A stretch of DNA of 64,000 nt, taken from NCBI GenBank assembly GCA_030706385.1, contig JAUZOQ010000006.1, positions 1,196 to 65,195 of the forward strand, in the 5' to 3' direction. Shown in pieces: positions 56,841 through 64,000 of the stretch. This stretch comes from Bacteroidota bacterium. Lineage in GTDB: Bacteria; Bacteroidota; Ignavibacteria; Palsa-1295. The translations under genes were made by a program, and so were the position numbers. Below the pieces are notes generated by a model that worked only from the letters and a program-made list of their open reading frames with translations, had not been told where the DNA came from and ran no database searches. Numbering within the stretch: position 1 is the stretch's first letter; each line of letters begins with the position of its first letter.

Positions 56841-59800
56841 TTACTGAGGAGTAGTCAACTCTTTTCGTAAGTATTTACCTGTATGACTACCGGTTTTTTC
56901 AAATCGCGATGCCAGATCTTCGGGTGTGCCTTGATCTACAATATATCCGCCTGTTTCACCACCCTCGGGACCAAGGTCGATCACCCAGTCTGCCATTTTG
57001 ATCACATCAAGATTGTGTTCGATCACAACGACTGTATTGCCCCGATTGCGAAGCTCAAGCAGTACGTCGAGCAAATGACGAATATCCTTGAAATGGAGTC
57101 CGGTTGTAGGCTCGTCAAGAATATAAAGAGTTCTTCCTGTGGCGACTTTCGATAGCTCCGTTGCAAGCTTCACACGTTGCGCTTCACCGCCGCTTAAGGT
57201 CGGAGCCTGCTGGCCTAGTCTAATATAGCCTAAGCCAACATTTGCAAGAGCATCGATCTTTCTTTTTATTCGCGGAATATCGGTGAAAAGCTCTTGAGAC
57301 TCAATGACACTCATATTGAGAACATCGGAAATCGACTTGCCTTTGAAGTGCACTTCCAGAGTCTCGCGATTATAGCGGCGTCCGCCGCAAGTCTCGCAAG
57401 TGACATATACATCTGGAAGGAAATTCATTTCGATCTTCTTCATGCCTGCTCCCTGGCACGTTTCACACCGGCCTCCCTTGACATTGAATGAGAATCGGCC
57501 GACCTTATATCCGCGAATCTTTGCTTCAGGCAGCTCCGCAAAGAAGTCTCGGATCATCGTGAATAGTCCCGTGTATGTCGCAGGATTCGAACGAGGTGTT
57601 CTACCGATAGGCGTCTGATCGATTTCGATAAACTTATCAATGTATTCCAGGCCATGCATCCCTTTGTATGGAAGCGGCATACCTGTCGAATTATATACGT
57701 GTTTTGAGAGGATAGGGGCAAGAGTTTCGGTAATAATCGTGGATTTTCCCGAACCGGAAACGCCAGTTATGCATGTAAATGCGCCAATGGGAAGGTCAAG
57801 AGTGACATCTTTCAGATTATTTCCTTTGGCTCCGAGCAGCAGGAGGTGGTTTTGCTTTTTATTGATATTCCTTTCTGCGGGTACAACAAAAGTGTCTTTA
57901 CCTGAAAGATATTCGGCTGTTGGCGATGATGCTGAAATAAATTCTTTTTCAACCTGTGAATGCCTAGTATGGTGTAGAAAGAGTTGCGGCGGTCCGTATG
58001 CTACCAACGTCCCTCCGTACTCTCCGGCACCTGGACCTATATCAGCTATAATATCTGCGGCCAGCATCATTTCCTTATCGTGCTCGACTACGATTACCGT
58101 ATTCCCGAGATCGCGCAAATGCTCGAGAGACTTGATCAAGCGATCATTATCACGCTGATGCAATCCGATGCTTGGCTCATCTAAAATGTAGAGGACTCCG
58201 ACGAGCTGAGTTCCGATTTGGGTTGCCAGCCTGATGCGCTGAGACTCTCCACCCGATAACGTCCGAGCAGGTCTGTCAAGAGACAGGTAATTTAAGCCTA
58301 CATCAAGAAGGAAATCCAAACGTGAAGTTATTTCCCTTAAGATAGGCGCGGCAACAGCCTGGCGATTTCCTTCAAAGCTCAATGTTTCGAAGAAAGCCCT
58401 GGATTTCCTCAGATCCAGAGTGACGACCTTGTGAATATTGTACTCGCCTATCCGTATGGCCAGCGATTCTGGTTTCAGCCTGCCGCCCCGACATGATGGG
58501 CAAGGATGACTGGACATGAATTGCTGTGCCCACTCTTTCATGGATTCGGTCGCATCACGGGCAGTGGCCTGCTTAAGTGTCTCCATAAGTCCGACAAAAC
58601 GCATTTGATAGGAGACATCCCTCCCGGCATCGGACTGCCACTTTACCGTAAGTTTTTCATCACCTGAACCGTGGATAAGAATATCGAATAGTTTCGGAGA
58701 GATTTTTTCTACCGGTGTATCTAGTGGCGTTTTGTATGCCTGAAATACGGATTCTACCTGTGCCCATAACCAATTCTTTCGTTTTTTCCCGAGAGGAAGA
58801 AGACCGCCATCTTCAATGGACTTTGTTTTATCCCCGATCACCAAGGTCTCATCAAAATCTCTGGTTTCACCAAGCCCATGGCACAGAGCGCAGGCTCCAA
58901 TGGCCGAATTGAAGGAAAAGGTATTTGGCTGCGGCTCTTCATACGATCTTCCGCAATTTGGGCAGGAGTATTTCTCGCTCATTAGAAGTTCGCTGATCGC
59001 AGAGGTTTTTGCATCTTCGATGATCACGCTCAGAATACCCTTACCCATTTTGAGAGCGGTATTGACGGAATTTGTCAGGCGCTCGAGAAATTGATCTCCA
59101 AGCGGAAACCGGTCGATCACAAGTTCGATCGTATGGACTTTGTAGCGATCTACTTGCAGGCCTTCATAAAGATCTTTCATTTCTCCGTCGACACGAACTT
59201 TCGTAAATCCCTGACGGAGCGCGTCGCTGAACACTTCTCTGTAATGACCTTTGCGGGCACGCACGAGTGGAGCGAGGATGGTTAGCTTAGAATCCTGCGG
59301 ATGTGAGCGAATCGCCGTGATTATTTGATCTGCTGTTTGCCTGACAACGGGAATATTGCACTCAACACAGAACTGCGTTCCTAACCGCGCAAAAAGGAGT
59401 CGGATGAAATCGTATATCTCTGTAACAGTCCCGACCGTTGAGCGTGGGGAGGCTCCAATAGTTTTCTGCTCAATCGAGATTGCCGGAGATAGTCCTTCGA
59501 TGATATCGACATCGGGTCGCTCCATCATATCGAGAAACTGTCTAGCGTAGGCGGAAAGAGATTCAACGTACCTCCGCTGGCCTTCAGCATAGATCGTATC
59601 AAAAGCGAGTGATGATTTCCCTGAACCTGAGATTCCGGTGATCACGACAAGTTTCTCTCTCGGAATATCGATATCGATATTCTTGAGGTTATGAACTCTT
59701 GCACCACGGATTATGAGGTTCTCCAGTGCCGAGACCGAAGGGCTTTCGGTACCGATAGCATTCTCAGGGAAAGGCAATTCGCTTTTTAGAGGCTTTTTTG

Positions 59801-59846
59801 AGCTATTTGACTTCGTTTTTGACTTATTTTGAGCCGTTTTTGCCAA
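56841..59846 (-). CDS. uvrA: Excinuclease ABC subunit A
   Basis: Two ABC ATPase modules ([12 protein letters not shown] and [11 protein letters not shown] Walker A; [12 protein letters not shown] and [12 protein letters not shown] signatures) and zinc-finger Cys clusters. 1001 aa, including a roughly 45-aa Lys/Ser-rich N-terminal extension. Confidence 0.95.
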   Translation of the reverse strand: MAKTAQNKSKTKSNSSKKPLKSELPFPENAIGTESPSVSALENLIIRGARVHNLKNIDIDIPREKLVVITGISGSGKSSLAFDTIYAEGQRRYVESLSAYARQFLDMMERPDVDIIEGLSPAISIEQKTIGASPRSTVGTVTEIYDFIRLLFARLGTQFCVECNIPVVRQTADQIITAIRSHPQDSKLTILAPLVRARKGHYREVFSDALRQGFTKVRVDGEMKDLYEGLQVDRYKVHTIELVIDRFPLGDQFLERLTNSVNTALKMGKGILSVIIEDAKTSAISELLMSEKYSCPNCGRSYEEPQPNTFSFNSAIGACALCHGLGETRDFDETLVIGDKTKSIEDGGLLPLGKKRKNWLWAQVESVFQAYKTPLDTPVEKISPKLFDILIHGSGDEKLTVKWQSDAGRDVSYQMRFVGLMETLKQATARDATESMKEWAQQFMSSHPCPSCRGGRLKPESLAIRIGEYNIHKVVTLDLRKSRAFFETLSFEGNRQAVAAPILREITSRLDFLLDVGLNYLSLDRPARTLSGGESQRIRLATQIGTQLVGVLYILDEPSIGLHQRDNDRLIKSLEHLRDLGNTVIVVEHDKEMMLAADIIADIGPGAGEYGGTLVAYGPPQLFLHHTRHSQVEKEFISASSPTAEYLSGKDTFVVPAERNINKKQNHLLLLGAKGNNLKDVTLDLPIGAFTCITGVSGSGKSTIITETLAPILSKHVYNSTGMPLPYKGMHGLEYIDKFIEIDQTPIGRTPRSNPATYTGLFTMIRDFFAELPEAKIRGYKVGRFSFNVKGGRCETCQGAGMKKIEMNFLPDVYVTCETCGGRRYNRETLEVHFKGKSISDVLNMSVIESQELFTDIPRIKRKIDALANVGLGYIRLGQQAPTLSGGEAQRVKLATELSKVATGRTLYILDEPTTGLHFKDIRHLLDVLLELRNRGNTVVVIEHNLDVIKMADWVIDLGPEGGETGGYIVDQGTPEDLASRFEKTGSHTGKYLRKELTTPQ

Positions 59847-60002
59847 TTCCGGTGTTAGTAGATTTCGCAGTGATTTTCAAACAAAAAAACAGATAAGCTG
59901 AAGAAAACAGAACTTACAAACCGAAGGTTGCTATGAGGGGTTATCTTTGTACGAGATTACTTAACGCAATTGAAATTGCATGAGGAATGTAACAGTATCT
60001 GA

Positions 60003-60920
60003 ATGAATCGCGACCTACTCGGTATTAGACAACTTAGTCAGGCACAGATCACCGATCTTCTTCATAGATCCGATGGTTACTTCCGCCATTTAGATTCTAC
60101 GGAGCCTTTTCCGGATTACAGATTGCTCCACGGCCGGACAATTGCAAACCTCTTCTTCGAGAATTCTACTCGCACACGAACGTCCTTTGAATTAGCTGAG
60201 AAACGGCTTGGCGCTACTTCGATCAGTCTTTCCATGCAGACAAGCAGCCTCACCAAGGGTGAATCATTGATCGATACAATCAATGTTATTTGTGCAATGA
60301 AGGTTGATTGTATTGTAGTTCGGCACAGCTCTTCTGGCGTGCCCCAGCTCCTTCGAAATAATCTTCCACCACATATAAGAATCATCAATGCTGGTGACGG
60401 AGCGCATGAACATCCCACTCAGGCTCTTCTGGATGCTGCGACGTTACTAGAACAACTGGGTTCGCTGAAGGGGAAAAGGATTTTCATTGTAGGTGACATT
60501 TCCCACTCTCGGGTTGCAAGATCAAACATGTTGCTTCTGAAGATGCTCGGCGCCGAAATTACACTGGTTGGGCCCGAGACTCTTCTTCCTAAATACGTTG
60601 AGGAAGTATTCGACGTTCGAGTGCGGACTACCATCGGAGACTCGCTGCACAAAGCAGATGCAGTCATAGCATTACGGATCCAGCAGGAGCGTCAATCGCG
60701 CTCATACTTTCCAAATCTATCGGATTTTCGACTGAGATATGGCCTCACCCCGATCCAATTGAGCGATACTAAGGCTTTTATACTGCATCCCGGGCCGGTC
60801 AATCGAAGCGTAGAATTGGATGACGAGGTGGTGGATTCTGAAAAATCCCTTATTTTGCGGCAAGTCAGACGTGGAGTTGCGATACGGATGGCAGTGCTGG
60901 AATGGCTTTTTGAAGTTTAA
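60003..60920 (+). CDS. pyrB: Aspartate carbamoyltransferase catalytic subunit
   Basis: ENSTRTRTSFELA (STRTR carbamoyl-phosphate site), HPTQALLD, and HPGP motifs. 305 aa. Confidence 0.92.
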   Translation: MNRDLLGIRQLSQAQITDLLHRSDGYFRHLDSTEPFPDYRLLHGRTIANLFFENSTRTRTSFELAEKRLGATSISLSMQTSSLTKGESLIDTINVICAMKVDCIVVRHSSSGVPQLLRNNLPPHIRIINAGDGAHEHPTQALLDAATLLEQLGSLKGKRIFIVGDISHSRVARSNMLLLKMLGAEITLVGPETLLPKYVEEVFDVRVRTTIGDSLHKADAVIALRIQQERQSRSYFPNLSDFRLRYGLTPIQLSDTKAFILHPGPVNRSVELDDEVVDSEKSLILRQVRRGVAIRMAVLEWLFEV

Positions 60921-60931
60921 GAAATTATTGA

Positions 60932-62212
60932 ATGGATATTCTCTTACAAAATTGCAGAATCATCGATCCCGTGACCGATCGTGACGAAGATGGAATTGAT
61001 CTTGAGATCTCGAACGGAATCATAACAGCGATCGGCAAGAAACTCAAGAGTAAACATACCTCTAAGGATTTGCAAGGCGCCCTTGTCGCACCTGGTTTTT
61101 TTGATATGCATGTGCATCTTAGAGAACCTGGGCAGGAGTATAAGGAGACAATTGCAACCGGGACGAATGCCGCCGCACATGGTGGTTTTACAGGTTTGTG
61201 CTGCATGCCGAATACTGATCCTCCGATATCTGATCCATTCGTTGTAAGTTACATAAGAGAAAAGGCGAAAGGGAATATTGTCGATGTCGAGATCTGCGGC
61301 ACCATGACGAAAGGTAGAAAAGGGGACGAACTGGCACCCATGCAGGCCCTTGCCGATGCCGGAGTTAAGATGATATCCGATGATGGCAATGCAGTTGCTA
61401 ATGCAGAAGTGATGCGACGAGTGTTCGAATACGGAAAGATGTTCGATTTTCTTTGTACCGAACATTGCGAAGAGGCTACCATGACGAAGGGCACAGGGAT
61501 GCACGAAGGGAAGGTCTCGACAAAGTTGGGTATCCCTGGTTATCCCTCCGTTGCCGAGGATATCGTTATTGCTCGCGATCTCCTCATTGCTGAATATGTG
61601 GGTGATGTGAGATATCATGTGGCTCATCTTTCAACCCGTAATGCAGTCCGGCTTGTTCGCGAGGCAAAGGCCCGCGGAGTGAAAGTCTCGGCGGAAGTGA
61701 CACCGCATCATTTCACCTTGACCGATGAGGCGGTTGAAAGGCATCAGGCGAATGCAAAGATGAATCCACCATTGCGCGAGCAGCAAGATATTGAGGCAAT
61801 CATCTCCGGCTTGCAGGATGGCACGATCGATTGCATATCCACCGATCATGCCCCGCATGCGGATCATGAAAAGAATACGGACATCATGTCTGCTGCGTAT
61901 GGTATCATCGGCAGCGAAACTGCGATAGGACTTGGACTAACATATCTTGTTCATTCGGGGAAGATATCTCTCCGTACCTATGTTGAAGTTTCTTCTACGA
62001 ACCCACGCAGATTGATGAAACTCTTGCCAATCAAAATTGCGGTGGGCGAAAAGGCAAATCTGACCATTATCGACCTTGATACGGAGTGGACATTCCGCTC
62101 TGAAGATATTTGCTCGAAGTCAAAAAATACTCCATTCATAAGTGCAAAGTTCAAAGGTCGCCCGATCGGAATTGTCAATAACGGACAATTTTTGTGGACG
62201 CGAAAAGATTGA
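60932..62212 (+). CDS. pyrC: Dihydroorotase (amidohydrolase, class I-type)
   Basis: DMHVHLREPG metal-binding motif, the DDGNAV pattern, and a conserved distal His/Asp. 426 aa. Immediately follows pyrB. Confidence 0.85.
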   Translation: MDILLQNCRIIDPVTDRDEDGIDLEISNGIITAIGKKLKSKHTSKDLQGALVAPGFFDMHVHLREPGQEYKETIATGTNAAAHGGFTGLCCMPNTDPPISDPFVVSYIREKAKGNIVDVEICGTMTKGRKGDELAPMQALADAGVKMISDDGNAVANAEVMRRVFEYGKMFDFLCTEHCEEATMTKGTGMHEGKVSTKLGIPGYPSVAEDIVIARDLLIAEYVGDVRYHVAHLSTRNAVRLVREAKARGVKVSAEVTPHHFTLTDEAVERHQANAKMNPPLREQQDIEAIISGLQDGTIDCISTDHAPHADHEKNTDIMSAAYGIIGSETAIGLGLTYLVHSGKISLRTYVEVSSTNPRRLMKLLPIKIAVGEKANLTIIDLDTEWTFRSEDICSKSKNTPFISAKFKGRPIGIVNNGQFLWTRKD

Positions 62213-62692
62213 ATGAAGGCAGGAATGATCAGAGCATTATTTCTAAGGTTGCACGTTACCAGGTTTCGTGCATCTAATCACTCGCGAGGTCTTGCTCTGC
62301 TTGTCGGATTATTTCTACTGACGCTTTTCGCTACATCCAAAGGAGAGTCTCTTCCTGAACATTTGAAGGAATTCACCTCTATTCTTTCTCGCCGGAATTT
62401 AGACTCATTGCGGTTGCTGATCGATCCAACAAAGGTGTATGTTGAAATGGCACCGAAGCCAGGTTCGTACCTTAGTCAGAGTCAGACGCTGGCAGTGGTA
62501 GAGTCATTCTTTCAATCTCATACACCCCTTTCATTTTCGTATTTACTTGTAAGAGAGGTCGCGAATAGCGGTATTGCAATCGGCACTCTCTCGGTATTGG
62601 AAGCCGGACGCAAAATATCGCATAAGATAAACTTTGGTTTCGAAAAAAATAGCCATAATCAATGGCTGTTAGCACGAATCATAATACATTGA
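62213..62692 (+). CDS. Hypothetical protein with an N-terminal signal peptide or transmembrane segment
   Basis: LALLVGLFLLTLFATSKG hydrophobic segment. 159 aa. No motif recognised. Its start abuts the pyrC stop. Confidence 0.4.
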   Translation: MKAGMIRALFLRLHVTRFRASNHSRGLALLVGLFLLTLFATSKGESLPEHLKEFTSILSRRNLDSLRLLIDPTKVYVEMAPKPGSYLSQSQTLAVVESFFQSHTPLSFSYLLVREVANSGIAIGTLSVLEAGRKISHKINFGFEKNSHNQWLLARIIIH

Positions 62693-62774
62693 GGCGCAAC
62701 CTGCTGTGGCAGAAAAGATCGAGAAAGGAGTAAGACCCCGCAATACGAATTCTTCGATTGTTCGGAGCGCATTG

Positions 62775-64000
62775 ATGCGGCTTCGTATCGGTCTGCGTCG
62801 TTTTTACAAGCATATTCCCCAAGCGATTCGCTGGTTGCTAGTTACGCTCTTTGCCATCGCGGTTCTCTCGTTTGTCGTGTTGCTCGTTTCGGATCTCATA
62901 GGGTCTTCATCATCCAAAAAGCAACTGACGAAGGAAGCGATCGTCAAGGAGTCGGAGTCCCGAGTATTACAGCTCGCCGCCGCAGTATCTATTCTGCGTG
63001 ATACCATTGGCACAGATTCTATTTTCGTAGAAGAAATAAAAAGCGACATTCCCGCACCAGAACTGTTCGAAACAATATTCCATCTCGATTCTGTCAATGG
63101 GAGCAAGTTTTCAGATATTTATCAATTCCTGGAATCAGGAAAATATCCATTTCTCAAAGGTAGGGGAGTTGCATATTACGACCGGACGAAACACCTGACT
63201 GCCTGGAATTCATCGAAGATCGGAACGGCAAATTTTGACTCGGTATTCTCCTTCGCTTCATTGCTGGAGAAGCGCAGCAAGATGATCTTTCTTGATAATG
63301 AGCAGATCTTTTCCTGGATCGTATCGATCCGAAAGATAATCTCCAAAGATGGTGCTATGCTTGGTTATGTAGCTGCCAAAGCGATGGTTGGCGTACGGTT
63401 CCCCTATGGCGGGACGGATCATCCGCTTACGATTTTCGATGATATAATTGCAAAAGCTGGAAGGGAAGTCCAATTCTCTTTTACTCGCATGCAATCGGAT
63501 TCCGCGCATACAGGAACCACCTATCCGATCTTTTTGGAACCGAATGACTCCTCTTCTGTCGTAGGTTATTTGACAATAGGAGAAGTGCCCGTAATTCAGT
63601 CCACAAGACTTCAGAAAACGGTTGCATTCACCGGAGATTGCGCTTTTAGCATCTTTATCACCATTCTGATTTGGCTTCTGGCCTGGTACATTGCTCAAGG
63701 GGGAGCGGAGAAGGCATCATTTGTTTCCAAAGCGATGAGTCTGGGAGGTGTCTTTCTTTTTCTTGGACTTGGTCGAATGTTGTTGGTCGTAACCGGTTCG
63801 TTGTCGGCAATCTTTCCGCAATCGTTGAATGATCCGCAAGATTTTGCACTAGTTTCTGTATTCGGGTTATTTGCCAATCCTCTGCAACTCTTTACCACAA
63901 TCTTATTTGTAACGACATTCCTTGCGCTGTCATGGGTAATTTATGTGCCGAAGAATTCTTCTTGGAATGCTCCTTCGGGGCAAAGCGAGGAAGCTTCAAT
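62775..64000 (+). CDS. Partial CDS (continues beyond the window): integral membrane protein with an N-terminal transmembrane segment, a roughly 250-aa extracytoplasmic domain, then multiple transmembrane helices (sensor/receptor-like)
   Basis: Open frame from the ATG at 62775 to the window end. MRLRIGLRRFYKHIPQAIRWLLVTLFAIAVLSFVVLLV transmembrane segment, then later the hydrophobic helices FSIFITILIWLLAWYIA, LGGVFLFLGLGRMLLVVTGSL, and FGLFANPLQLFTTILFVTTFLALSWVIYV. It is not in the ORF track because there is no stop. The opposite strand carries only short spurious ORFs. Confidence 0.5.
   Translation, partial: MRLRIGLRRFYKHIPQAIRWLLVTLFAIAVLSFVVLLVSDLIGSSSSKKQLTKEAIVKESESRVLQLAAAVSILRDTIGTDSIFVEEIKSDIPAPELFETIFHLDSVNGSKFSDIYQFLESGKYPFLKGRGVAYYDRTKHLTAWNSSKIGTANFDSVFSFASLLEKRSKMIFLDNEQIFSWIVSIRKIISKDGAMLGYVAAKAMVGVRFPYGGTDHPLTIFDDIIAKAGREVQFSFTRMQSDSAHTGTTYPIFLEPNDSSSVVGYLTIGEVPVIQSTRLQKTVAFTGDCAFSIFITILIWLLAWYIAQGGAEKASFVSKAMSLGGVFLFLGLGRMLLVVTGSLSAIFPQSLNDPQDFALVSVFGLFANPLQLFTTILFVTTFLALSWVIYVPKNSSWNAPSGQSEEAS

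Noticed and set aside
1-64000. CRISPR arrays, IS elements or integrons
   Set aside because: No direct-repeat/spacer periodicity, no transposase- or integrase-like ORFs, and no terminal inverted repeats were found. The only repeated element found is the hairpin pair at 15.3 and 17.3 kb.

Overview
This 64 kb window reads as a chromosomal segment from an FCB-group bacterium (Bacteroidota, Ignavibacteria or Chlorobi-like). Supporting that placement: several secreted proteins end in Por/T9SS C-terminal sorting domains, a TAnnTTTG-type -7 promoter element sits upstream of metK, and GC is about 45%. Coding density is high on both strands and no transposases, integrases, CRISPR arrays or phage structural modules were seen. 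Recognisable housekeeping content: polA, rplJ-rplL, metK, a canonical yceD-rpmF-plsX-fabH-fabD-[extra Cys-rich ORF]-fabG-acpP-fabF-rnc lipid-synthesis cluster, a tRNA-Leu(CAG), an sdhA/frdA-type flavoprotein, uvrA, cyaY, pyrB-pyrC, P5C dehydrogenase, a 2-oxoacid dehydrogenase E1 beta subunit, NagZ-like GH3, GH38 alpha-mannosidase plus PfkB kinase, and an ECF sigma/anti-sigma pair. The less ordinary content: (i) four large secreted Gly/Ser/Thr/Asn-rich repeat proteins resembling phage tail fibres and YadA-head repeats (one at 4.3-6.5 kb, three in tandem at 52.6-56.2 kb); (ii) a 1226-aa UvrD-type helicase fused to a Cas4/AddB-type Fe-S PD-(D/E)XK nuclease, sitting directly behind a hemerythrin-like gene; (iii) a Cys-rich ORF inserted between fabD and fabG; (iv) two near-identical long-stem hairpins bracketing a BNR/T9SS gene; (v) a tandem pair of signal-peptide-bearing TldD/TldE peptidases; (vi) an sdhA without adjacent sdhB/sdhC. 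All calls come from reading the sequence and the supplied ORF translations. No database searches were run, so family assignments rest on recognised motifs and remain provisional where stated.
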